Part shown: positions 15,819 through 24,394 of the stretch, piece after piece | Position numbering within the stretch: the stretch's first letter is position 1 | How the letters are laid out: each line of letters starts with the position of its first letter | From: a virus | Lineage: Duplodnaviria; Caudoviricetes | Reading direction: 5' to 3' (one strand) | IMG/VR virus record: IMGVR_UViG_3300033150_000594 | Location: 1-24,394 of that record | DNA length: 24,394 bases | Made by a program: the position numbers and the translations under genes | Notes under the pieces: model-generated | What the model was told of the DNA's origin: nothing | Databases searched by the model: none | Seen by the model: only the letters and a program-made list of their open reading frames with translations

Positions 15819-18800
15819 TTATTCTTCATAAGTTGGAGTAAATCCTATCATACGTTTTATTTGATCTTCTTCCCTTATTTCTTCGTGAGCGCTGATTAAT
15901 CCACGGATTGCTAAATAATATGGTATATGTAGCTTAGCATATTGTTTTAGTCTACCAATAGCAGCTTGTCTTTCATAATCACTTCCCGTTATAATATCTT
16001 TTGCAGCCTCAAGTGCTGTAAGGATAGGACTGCCTGTCCATAACGCAGGATAGCCAAATACCCACTTTTTAATATCTACGCCAAATACTTCCTTGCCAAT
16101 TTCATACATTAATCCGTGCATACCAGTAAATATTGCTATTCTTTTCGCTGCATTCCATTTGCTACCTCTTGTTAGGGAGTGCATATAATCTATATACCAC
16201 GTGGGCCAGACACCAAATTGTCCTGCCAATTTTCCTACTTTGCCCTGCATCCAATATGGGGAGTTAGCTCTACGATATACCCACTGTGTTTGTTTCGCCA
16301 TGTGTTTCCCCATTCTTTCGGAAAGGCTTTTAATATCTTTTATTCTCAATAAAGGCAAAACCTCATTATCAATGATAGCTCTATGGAAAAATTCTAAATC
16401 AGTATCTTTTATAAATCTTTTGGTGCTTTTATTTAATTTTGCCAAGTCAGTGCTCGAAATCTTTTCGACTTTTTTTAACCATGCAGTTCCTAAATCTTCT
16501 ACTTTTGCTTTCATTCCAAGATATGCGACAGCTCTGTTAAAACTATCAACCATCCTAAATCCCCACAATCCTGTTCTTGTAGTCTTTGCTATAATTCCCA
16601 TTGTAAATCCTATCTCCCCACCTACAGGCATATAGTTATCCATTAAAATGCCTTTAGCTTGGCATTCTGCCATCCCTTTAACAGTTAATGCCTTCTTTAC
16701 ACCAACTATCCAGTATTTTGGGCCAAGAATGGGCAAACTTAACATACTTTGCATTATATTCCTTATCACCGTCATAGGTCTAAATCCCATAGCACCAGCA
16801 TATGTCAAATTTAATTCCATTTCAATTAATTTATCTATCGCATTTCTTGTATCAAAATAACCAGGTTTTCTCCCAACTTCTACCCATCGCGGTATTTCTT
16901 CAACTTTTCCTTCTTTTGTCTTAATCTTTTCAATGATTTTTTTATATTCTACATTTTCAAATCTTTCTTTTGGTATTAATTTATTTATAAAGTCTACTAT
17001 CCGTGAACCAGTTATCTTTGTAGCTGCATCAAAGCCAGTAGGCCATCCATGTAAATCCTCTATATATTTTCTAACTACATTAGCTTCAGGAATTGTTAAC
17101 CTTTTAATAGAACCATCTTTAATGGCATCATTATATACTTTCGACAATTTATCTAACGATGGCCCAAGATATTTTTTTCTCGCGCCGCGGAGAATATATG
17201 AAGATACAACTTTATAAATATCTCTCTCATGTGGCATTAAATAACCTTTTCTCTGTTCTAACGCCCACCATTTATATTCTTCTGGCAATTTATATTTTTC
17301 TACCGCTTCATATCCACTAATACCTGTTTTTCTGATCCTTGGAGCATAATCAAGTACCATACTTTCCATTGGAATGCCAAACTCTTTTCCAGCTTCATTC
17401 AAAATATTCCTTATTCTTTTTGCACTCTGCCATTCTTTTTCTGTTAAAGCACCAAATTTATTATTCAAAGATTTATTAGATTTAATAATTTTCTTAACGC
17501 CATCGTAACTTAATTTTTCTTCTCGTATATTTTTTTGTTCAAGTAAATCATAAATTCTTTCTTTGGATTCCAAATTTAACCCCTTTACGGAGTCTTGTAA
17601 CCGCTTCATATAAGGTAAGGAGTGAGTTAATTCATTTCTCATGCCTTCTTGAGTTTCCATGTAAAGCCTAAACAATGGCAATCCAGAACGAGTATCTATA
17701 TCACTTAATGCAGATTTTATCGGTTTGATAAAAATACCTAACCCAGTTTTACCTGGTTTTGTCTCACCAAAAATGCCTTCATAATTTGCTATATTTAATT
17801 GTGGTAATTCATGGTTAAACTTAGGCGGTATAGCATCATCTATTTCTTGTCTCTTTGCATTTTCATCAATAAATTTTCTATATGTTGGTTTACCAATTTT
17901 CTCTTTAGCAAACTCTCTGTCAAATGTTGGAGAATTTTCTTTAATCTTATTCCACGCTTCATAATACAATTTTTCCGCAGCTGCATAATCTGGTGTATAA
18001 TTATCAATAAATTCTTTAGCTGCACTTAATTCCCTAAATGTCCATGAATTATCGAGCTGATCAGCTATATTTATTTCTATTCCACCATCAGCACTAATTC
18101 TTTGCTTAAAATCCAAATTTCTCTTTTTAGCTTTTTCGGCAACACCTTTGGAAGTATATGTTTTATCTCCTTTGTGCATAAGCTCATCCGCCACGGATTC
18201 AGCAATAGCACTTTGAAAATCTTGCTCAAACAAATCTGTTTCAAGAGGTTGATCTTTATAAATGGCATCTTTTGCTGTCGGCTCTCTTTGTATTTCTTTT
18301 GGCTTTTCTATCTCTTTCAATGCTTTGTCCGCCCATTTCTCGCCCTTATATTTATACTCTGCAAGTTTACGAACTTGTTCCTCTGTCCAATTCTTACCAA
18401 GCCTTTCGCTTTCAATGTGCAACAGTTCATGTCGAATTGCTGTCTCGTAAAAATGTTGTTTTCCCTCTTTGAAATAATGCTTCGCAAAACCAGAGCCAAC
18501 ACGCAAAGAATATCCGCCAGAAGCGTCTCTTACTAATTTCCCTTCTTGATTTAAGGCTTCATCGATCCTTCTGATTGAGCCTTCTATCTCTGGAAATTCT
18601 CTACTAACTTTATCCCATGACTTTATCACTTCCTTTTTATCCATTATATTATTATCTATAATGGGTTTGTCTGTTTTCCTTAATATGGATGCTTCTTTTT
18701 TCAGAGAGGATTTAATCGACGGATGAACATCTTGTTTTTCAATCCTTTCCGCCATTTCTTCCCTCGTCATCTCCCATGACTTTTTCACTTTCGGCGTTGG

Positions 18801-19754
18801 ATAGTCAAGTTTGATATCCTTCTGTATCTCCTTTATATTATCTGTCGCTTTAAATTGAATAGGTTTTCTTTCTGGTTTGAATTTAATATCAAATGGTTCT
18901 ACTGTAACCTTTGGTTCATATACTACAGGTAGCATTTTACTGCTTGCTTCTTTTGGAATAAATGTACTTAAATCAATAACTGTACCATCTGGTATAGTTG
19001 CAGGAGAATCAAACCTAAATGTTGGATCATTTATAATATTCTGCAAAGTTTGCATAAGTGGTTCGTTTCGATTTAAATATGCATTTTTAAATTCATTGAT
19101 TAAATCAGCTTTTCCACGAACTACTATTTCTTCTGCTGGAGGCATTTTAACTTTTGCCTTACCACCACGAGTTAATTCGCCTGTTAAAAGGAAAGGAAGA
19201 ACTTGCAATGTAGCATATGTTAAAGCACCAGCAGCAGGACTACCTGTTTTATCTACAACAAATTCTCCACCCTTTTTTGCATATTCATCAAGAGTACCAA
19301 AAGCAGCTCCGACTAATTGCTTTCCGCCTGGAGTTGCTGGTTGCAAAGCCAAAAAATTACCCACATCTTCAAAGGCTTTTCTGGCTTTATTTATATCCCA
19401 ACCACCTTTCTCTACAAGTTCTTGCTCAGAAGGAAATTCCTCTGATAATTCTCCAACTTTAAGTCCGCCCATAACAAATGCGCCTAACTGTGCTGGTAAG
19501 GTAACAAACATATTGTATAGAGAAGTACCCAATGCTTCAGCAACAGGTAGAGGTTGGGTAAGATTATGAAGCGTTGTAAGAGCCCCATCACCAAATGAAG
19601 TGGTTTTTTTGGTCTCAATAGGCAGAAATTGCCTATTGAAATTAGCTCTATCTGTTTTATCTGCATAAAACTTTTCATAAAGAGCATTAGCTAATTTATA
19701 ATCATCCACATCTTTATATTGCGGATACCGTCTTTTAAATTCTTTTACATCCAT
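15819..19754 (-). CDS. Large internal virion / DNA ejection protein with HExxH metallopeptidase-like motif
   Basis: 1311 aa, last gene of the tail operon; N-terminal FKRRYPQYKDVDD pattern; IRHELLH at about aa 442; helical C-terminal half. Confidence 0.75.
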   Translation of the reverse strand: MDVKEFKRRYPQYKDVDDYKLANALYEKFYADKTDRANFNRQFLPIETKKTTSFGDGALTTLHNLTQPLPVAEALGTSLYNMFVTLPAQLGAFVMGGLKVGELSEEFPSEQELVEKGGWDINKARKAFEDVGNFLALQPATPGGKQLVGAAFGTLDEYAKKGGEFVVDKTGSPAAGALTYATLQVLPFLLTGELTRGGKAKVKMPPAEEIVVRGKADLINEFKNAYLNRNEPLMQTLQNIINDPTFRFDSPATIPDGTVIDLSTFIPKEASSKMLPVVYEPKVTVEPFDIKFKPERKPIQFKATDNIKEIQKDIKLDYPTPKVKKSWEMTREEMAERIEKQDVHPSIKSSLKKEASILRKTDKPIIDNNIMDKKEVIKSWDKVSREFPEIEGSIRRIDEALNQEGKLVRDASGGYSLRVGSGFAKHYFKEGKQHFYETAIRHELLHIESERLGKNWTEEQVRKLAEYKYKGEKWADKALKEIEKPKEIQREPTAKDAIYKDQPLETDLFEQDFQSAIAESVADELMHKGDKTYTSKGVAEKAKKRNLDFKQRISADGGIEINIADQLDNSWTFRELSAAKEFIDNYTPDYAAAEKLYYEAWNKIKENSPTFDREFAKEKIGKPTYRKFIDENAKRQEIDDAIPPKFNHELPQLNIANYEGIFGETKPGKTGLGIFIKPIKSALSDIDTRSGLPLFRLYMETQEGMRNELTHSLPYMKRLQDSVKGLNLESKERIYDLLEQKNIREEKLSYDGVKKIIKSNKSLNNKFGALTEKEWQSAKRIRNILNEAGKEFGIPMESMVLDYAPRIRKTGISGYEAVEKYKLPEEYKWWALEQRKGYLMPHERDIYKVVSSYILRGARKKYLGPSLDKLSKVYNDAIKDGSIKRLTIPEANVVRKYIEDLHGWPTGFDAATKITGSRIVDFINKLIPKERFENVEYKKIIEKIKTKEGKVEEIPRWVEVGRKPGYFDTRNAIDKLIEMELNLTYAGAMGFRPMTVIRNIMQSMLSLPILGPKYWIVGVKKALTVKGMAECQAKGILMDNYMPVGGEIGFTMGIIAKTTRTGLWGFRMVDSFNRAVAYLGMKAKVEDLGTAWLKKVEKISSTDLAKLNKSTKRFIKDTDLEFFHRAIIDNEVLPLLRIKDIKSLSERMGKHMAKQTQWVYRRANSPYWMQGKVGKLAGQFGVWPTWYIDYMHSLTRGSKWNAAKRIAIFTGMHGLMYEIGKEVFGVDIKKWVFGYPALWTGSPILTALEAAKDIITGSDYERQAAIGRLKQYAKLHIPYYLAIRGLISAHEEIREEDQIKRMIGFTPTYEE

Positions 19755-20702
19755 TTAATATTCTATCCCTAAAAAATTACCCTTTGCAGGGAGGTTTAAT
19801 ACTGGCTGGCTACGATCGCTTGAAGTGACACCTTTTGGCACTAATAAAACTCTATTTTTCCGAAAGCCTTGTTTGCTTATAAGTGCTTTACCTGCTGGTA
19901 TTTCAGAATATTCCACACCTAATTCTTCAAATATCTTTTTCGCTTTTTCATAATCTTTGCTTCCAACTATTAAAGGCTTAATAGTTTTTATTGTTCTGCC
20001 TTTCGGTCCACTTTTTTGCAATAAACCTAATGGCTCTAATCTTTTCCAAATTTCATTTATCTTTTTCTGAGCAGTATCTTTTCCTTGAGCAAGATAATCT
20101 GCCAATGCATCATAATATCTTGTACGAGCTTCGCTCAAATCAATTTTCTTTTGCAGTTCTTCTTTTTCTTCTGGAGTTTTTAATTCACTTAATTGCTGAT
20201 TTAATATTGCTAAGTCTTTCCTGTTCTGTTGTTTTATAAATTCTAAATTAGAATACATTTCACCGGTGGCTTCCGCCTGTGTTTTTATGACAGCTTCTTT
20301 TGCTGGTACTTCAGCCATTGAAATAGCTTTTGTTCTTGTAACTTCTCTTTTTAATTTTGACTCAAAATGCGCTTGAGCAGTTCTCTCTATTGCTTTTGCT
20401 ACTTCTTCCGCCCTCTGCACTTCTTTTTCTAAAGGAGTAAGAAATTTATATCTGATTTCTCCATCCTCGCCACGTATCTTGGGCACGCCTGCCATAATTA
20501 TTTCAGCAGGCATTTGAACTTTATTTGCCAAGTCTAAAACTTGCTTACCTGTAAGAACACCGCCTTGAGAAGCAATCCAGTTTAATTCCTGCAATGCTTT
20601 CTTTCGTTGTCCTTCTCCTGCTTCTTGCAGTCCTTTTCCGAGAAGAGCTAATGCTTTATCCCATCCTGCATACCGTTTATCTTCGGGCATATATATTGCC
20701 AT
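19755..20702 (-). CDS. Putative ejection protein (helical/coiled coil)
   Basis: 315 aa; Ala/Glu/Lys-rich; position equivalent to P22 gp20. Confidence 0.6.
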   Translation of the reverse strand: MAIYMPEDKRYAGWDKALALLGKGLQEAGEGQRKKALQELNWIASQGGVLTGKQVLDLANKVQMPAEIIMAGVPKIRGEDGEIRYKFLTPLEKEVQRAEEVAKAIERTAQAHFESKLKREVTRTKAISMAEVPAKEAVIKTQAEATGEMYSNLEFIKQQNRKDLAILNQQLSELKTPEEKEELQKKIDLSEARTRYYDALADYLAQGKDTAQKKINEIWKRLEPLGLLQKSGPKGRTIKTIKPLIVGSKDYEKAKKIFEELGVEYSEIPAGKALISKQGFRKNRVLLVPKGVTSSDRSQPVLNLPAKGNFLGIEY

Positions 20703-20724
20703 CTTACTTTTCCTTTCAAGATTA

Positions 20725-21459
20725 TTACCAAAGTTTTAATCCTAATGAACCTAATCCTGCTGCCAATGGACCTGCCCCTGCTATAGCCTGTTGCAATAAT
20801 CCCTGTCTGCCTGGATACACAACGTTTTCTCCTCTTATAAATTCATATGGACTTAAACCAAGTAATCGCATTGCATAGTCCATTTCAGGAATATTACCAG
20901 GCTGTGTTCTCAACCAATCTTGATATTCAGCAGATAATCTACCTTGTTCAATTCCTCTTTCAATCCCTCCCATCTCCATTTGAGTACCTGTCATTCCAAG
21001 AATATTTTGCAATGTCTGTGTTTCAGCACCAACTCTGCCTTTTGCAAGAGCATCCATTAATGTTTCTGCACTTTCCGTTTCAGCTTCCCTTCTACCAGAG
21101 CCATAAAATAGACCGCGCCTTCCAAATTCACCACCGATAGCAGGCATTATTTTTTCCTGCCATGCTTCCATTAACGGTTTTTCAATCATGGTAGAGTAAT
21201 ATTCTTCTGGAGAAGTAAATCTTTGACTATACTGACTAAGTGTACCCATCGCTTGCTGTTCTGTCGGACTTAAACCAGCTACCATTTGACCAGGGTATGC
21301 AGTGCCAGGCTGTCCAATTGCAGGAGTGATATAACCTAAGATTGTAGATAATAGTTGTTCTTGCTCAGGTGTATATTTTAATTCTTTTCTCACTGGCACT
21401 GGCGCTTGTGTTTCTATCTTTGGCCCTTCACCAAATATAGTTTTCGCAACACCACTCAT
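20725..21459 (-). CDS. Putative ejection/pilot protein
   Basis: 244 aa; Gly/Gln/Ala-rich, VAGLSPTEQQA, GLFYGSGR, Gly-rich hydrophobic C-terminus; position of P22 gp7. Confidence 0.68.
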   Translation of the reverse strand: MSGVAKTIFGEGPKIETQAPVPVRKELKYTPEQEQLLSTILGYITPAIGQPGTAYPGQMVAGLSPTEQQAMGTLSQYSQRFTSPEEYYSTMIEKPLMEAWQEKIMPAIGGEFGRRGLFYGSGRREAETESAETLMDALAKGRVGAETQTLQNILGMTGTQMEMGGIERGIEQGRLSAEYQDWLRTQPGNIPEMDYAMRLLGLSPYEFIRGENVVYPGRQGLLQQAIAGAGPLAAGLGSLGLKLW

Positions 21460-21461
21460 TT

Positions 21462-21911
21462 TTAAATCTCCTTTATTAAATTATAACTTATTAGTTTATA
21501 ACCATATAATTTTTCCCATGCTTTGGGCAACCTTTTTGTTACACCACCGATTTTACTTAATCCATTCTTCTTTGCCCAGTGCTCAATAGTATTTAATAAA
21601 TCTTTTGTTATTTGTTTCTCAGTAGAATATAAATGACTTATATTAAAATATTCTTCTTCCAGATTTGAAGTTATTGTTCCAATCGCATATCCTGCGATTT
21701 TTGTGTCACCCTTAACAAATTTATTTCTCTTTTTAATTACAATCCAAGTTTTTACTAAAGGATTACTAATACTAACTCGAAGCCATTTTACAAAAGATTC
21801 CACGGAATAATCTTCATGCGTTTTGTTTACTAATTTTTCAATATGCGGTAAAAGATGTTCAATTACATTTGGATCTTTTGTTCTTATTATTTGATAATTA
21901 CTATTAGTCAA
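21462..21911 (-). CDS. GNAT-fold virion morphogenesis protein (P22 gp14/T7 gp13 position)
   Basis: IAGYAIG strand, LLNTIEHWAKKNGLSKI, AWEKLYGY. Confidence 0.7.
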   Translation of the reverse strand: MTNSNYQIIRTKDPNVIEHLLPHIEKLVNKTHEDYSVESFVKWLRVSISNPLVKTWIVIKKRNKFVKGDTKIAGYAIGTITSNLEEEYFNISHLYSTEKQITKDLLNTIEHWAKKNGLSKIGGVTKRLPKAWEKLYGYKLISYNLIKEI

Positions 21912-22119
21912 CTAAATCCTCCAGTTCTTTAATGTTATCTATTCCAATTCCAATTTTATTATCTCCAATCAAAATTCCATTATTTAAACCAGACATCAAT
22001 ATTTCATTTATTGTTTGCCTAAAATTATTCAATACATTCCTAACTTCCTGTAAGTCCTTAAACTCATCAGGAATATTAGGCAATAAAATATCTTTTTTTA
22101 CTAAGATATCTTTTGCCAT
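21904..22119 (-). CDS. Small tail-associated protein
   Basis: 71 aa; coupled; coiled coil then NKIGIG. Confidence 0.65.
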   Translation of the reverse strand: MAKDILVKKDILLPNIPDEFKDLQEVRNVLNNFRQTINEILMSGLNNGILIGDNKIGIGIDNIKELEDLVD

Positions 22120-22424
22120 TAAAATGATCCTCCTAAGTCAAAATTAGTATTCGCCCTTTTAGCCTCATGCCACAAAAGAGATAATCTATTTTCTATGGTG
22201 TTAAGTTGAGCTTCAAGTTTATATAATAATTGAAATATGGAAGGAAGATCCTCTGGAGATATTTTAATATCACTGTGTGTAAATAATGGATCTTGCTTAT
22301 CAGCAAGTTTACCTGATAATCCAGCTACATTAAATTCATCTGTTCCCCCACTTTCATGAGATGATCCATGTGCTTTAGGAACATGTAAATCATCTCCAGT
22401 TAAATCTTTATGTAAAGTTGTCAT
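22119..22424 (-). CDS. Small tail fibre/needle-like protein
   Basis: 101 aa; LHKDLTGDDLHVPKAHGSSHESGGTD His-rich motif plus coiled coil; SD AGGAG. Confidence 0.65.
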   Translation of the reverse strand: MTTLHKDLTGDDLHVPKAHGSSHESGGTDEFNVAGLSGKLADKQDPLFTHSDIKISPEDLPSIFQLLYKLEAQLNTIENRLSLLWHEAKRANTNFDLGGSF

Positions 22425-22427
22425 TGT

Positions 22428-24110
22428 TTAACTCCTAATATAAACAAAATCTTGCTTTCCATCTGCATCCTCTGTAACAATTCTTTCTTCATCATTATCG
22501 TAAAGATAGTCCAGATAAGTAGAAGTAACTTTTTTCCCTCTCTTTAATGAATTTAAAACCCATCCTTCTAATTCAAAAGATGTATTCAAAACAGCATTTC
22601 TTATTTTATACATTACCCTTTCTGAAACAGTTTTTATACCACGGCATATTCCAAAACCTACCGTGTCCTTATTTAAAACTATATCTTTTTGTTTCGTATA
22701 ATTTCTCCCTTCATCTTTACTTAGGTATACTTCGACACTATCACCTTTGCCATATACGCCAAAGGAAGAATGAAGGCCAAACCTTCCAGTACCAAAAGGA
22801 ACATAGCTTTTTGTTTCAATTTCTGCTTCTATCGCAACATCATTGTCATTTATCTGAGTGGAATCGCATTGATAGATATATCCATCTTCATCTCCAAATA
22901 AAGAGAATGGAAAAGCCTCTCCAATAGAGCCAGAACCAATTTTCCAATTCAATGTTTTAATTTTATTTGTTAACTCTCCAATTGTTAGGAATCCAGACGA
23001 TAAATAATATCCTGATGTTATCATTTCCGCAGCGAACTCCCAGTACGTCCATCTATCTTTTACATAATCATAAACCCAAACAGAATTAGGATATTCTGAA
23101 CCAGTTTTTGGAACAAACAGTAAATATAAGTTAAATTGTTCTATCAAATGTGCATGGCTTCTTGAGATTTTATCTGGATCGATGTTATCTATAAATTTAT
23201 TATATATTTTGTTCTTCATAACCGAATAGCAATTAAAACCATCAAATATTTTAACATCCAACTTATTACTTAAAAATATATGTTTATCACCCAAACTGCA
23301 TAATGTTTCTCTCGCTTTCAATCCAATTCCTTTAATTTTATTTTCTTCAAAAGCAAATGGATTAGTACCACCAACATATGTACACATAGTTATTGATTCT
23401 TCCTTATATATCGCAAGCTGACTTCTAATGACTTCCGCTCCAATTATAAAATCAGGAGTTTTTACAAGATTATTATTTCCAGAAGAACCACCAGACCAAG
23501 TTTCTGGTAGACCTTGATCACTCCAATCTACCCTTTGTGGATACCTTGTCGCCCCAACAGTTACATCAAACAACATTAAATAATGATTGAAATTTTTTAG
23601 AAATACGCACTTATTAGGACTGCCTCCTAAGTCATCAAAATTACCAGAACCTGTCCATTTTTTTATATTATTTACTCTATTTGTAGAAATATATTTTAAT
23701 TCACCAGCATTGTCATCATAAATAACGTCTAATGAAAATGGCTCGTCAATGGAACCAGAATAGTCCTCTGCGGTATCTGTAATATCGTCCCAATCTTCCG
23801 TTGCAGTATTGTACTTATATACTTTTTCGGTTGTAAATGCGAGTAGGTAACTGCTTCCAGTATAAGTAAATACATGAAATATACCAACAACAGATGAATC
23901 TAATGGAAGATTATTACCGAATGCAGTATATCCAAATCGTTGACAAATTCTATTTTCTTTGATATAAACATTTTTGCAGTTAGATAAATATTTATCTTCA
24001 ATTTTTGCTGGTAGTGCATCAGTAAGCATTCCACCGCTTACATCAAACGTAGATATAGTAACAAGCGGATCATCATCTCTTTTTCTGCGTGGCCTAAATG
24101 GTAATAACAT
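22428..24110 (-). CDS. Tail tubular protein B / stabilisation (nozzle) protein
   Basis: 560 aa, beta-propeller-like; RVDWSD.G.PETW, WVYDYVKDRW, IETKSY patterns typical of P22 gp10/T7 gp12-like nozzles. Confidence 0.8.
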   Translation of the reverse strand: MLLPFRPRRKRDDDPLVTISTFDVSGGMLTDALPAKIEDKYLSNCKNVYIKENRICQRFGYTAFGNNLPLDSSVVGIFHVFTYTGSSYLLAFTTEKVYKYNTATEDWDDITDTAEDYSGSIDEPFSLDVIYDDNAGELKYISTNRVNNIKKWTGSGNFDDLGGSPNKCVFLKNFNHYLMLFDVTVGATRYPQRVDWSDQGLPETWSGGSSGNNNLVKTPDFIIGAEVIRSQLAIYKEESITMCTYVGGTNPFAFEENKIKGIGLKARETLCSLGDKHIFLSNKLDVKIFDGFNCYSVMKNKIYNKFIDNIDPDKISRSHAHLIEQFNLYLLFVPKTGSEYPNSVWVYDYVKDRWTYWEFAAEMITSGYYLSSGFLTIGELTNKIKTLNWKIGSGSIGEAFPFSLFGDEDGYIYQCDSTQINDNDVAIEAEIETKSYVPFGTGRFGLHSSFGVYGKGDSVEVYLSKDEGRNYTKQKDIVLNKDTVGFGICRGIKTVSERVMYKIRNAVLNTSFELEGWVLNSLKRGKKVTSTYLDYLYDNDEERIVTEDADGKQDFVYIRS

Positions 24111-24379
24111 TATTCTAATCTTTCCCGTTTCATTAATCCCAATTTCATTACATCAAAAAATGCACTTATTTGATTTCTTTGTTCCTCTTGACTTTTTTCA
24201 ACACCAATAAATCTATTATGTAATTCTTGTATCATTATAAAAGTTCGTTTAGGAGCACAATCTTTTACTAATTCTGGTTTTTCCTTGCCTTCAGATGTCC
24301 ACCAAGATTCGATATAGTTAGGACATTTTTCTTTATATTTCTTCCATAGTGGGCAATTTTTATCGCATGTACCTTCCAT
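24110..24379 (-). CDS. Cys-rich hypothetical protein
   Basis: 89 aa; CDKNCPLW...CPNY...KDCA; SD AAAGGA; TAATG coupling. Confidence 0.75.
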   Translation of the reverse strand: MEGTCDKNCPLWKKYKEKCPNYIESWWTSEGKEKPELVKDCAPKRTFIMIQELHNRFIGVEKSQEEQRNQISAFFDVMKLGLMKRERLE

Positions 24380-24394
24380 GTTTAATCCTTTGTA

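Noticed and set aside
18877-19569. 230-aa + strand ORF and other antisense or alternate-frame ORFs in the track
   Set aside because: Shadows of well-supported genes, with no SD and no recognisable motifs.
551-24379. Stop-codon reassignment
   Set aside because: Long genes are intact in the standard code and TAA, TAG and TGA all end coupled genes.

Overview
This is about 24 kb of an AT-rich tailed-phage genome, most likely a podovirus with a P22-like tail and ejection gene order. The + strand arm (551-15637) starts from two near-consensus sigma70 promoters and carries early and replication/recombination genes: a tandem winged-helix protein, SNF2-type helicase, Cas4/RecB-like exonuclease, about 15 small unknown ORFs, Sak4/AAA_24-like ATPase, SSB with a DDDDIPF tail, a 924-aa CHC2-Zn/TOPRIM primase fused to a full MCM-type helicase, an N6-adenine DNA methyltransferase and a VRR-NUC nuclease. 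The convergent - strand arm (15819-24379) encodes the tail nozzle, small tail proteins, a GNAT-fold protein and three probable ejection proteins; the largest has an HExxH motif. No DNA polymerase, integrase, tRNA or CRISPR array was seen. Most notable: (1) the DnaG-type primase-MCM fusion, with an atypical TOPRIM residue; (2) a perfect C-terminal beta-clamp motif (QLGLF) on the methyltransferase; (3) an unannotated 20-aa hydrophobic peptide behind two hairpins, one showing an anti-Shine-Dalgarno in its loop; (4) a probably leaderless wHTH gene plus a perfect 15-bp inverted repeat in the left non-coding region. All calls are from motif reading by eye; no searches were run.
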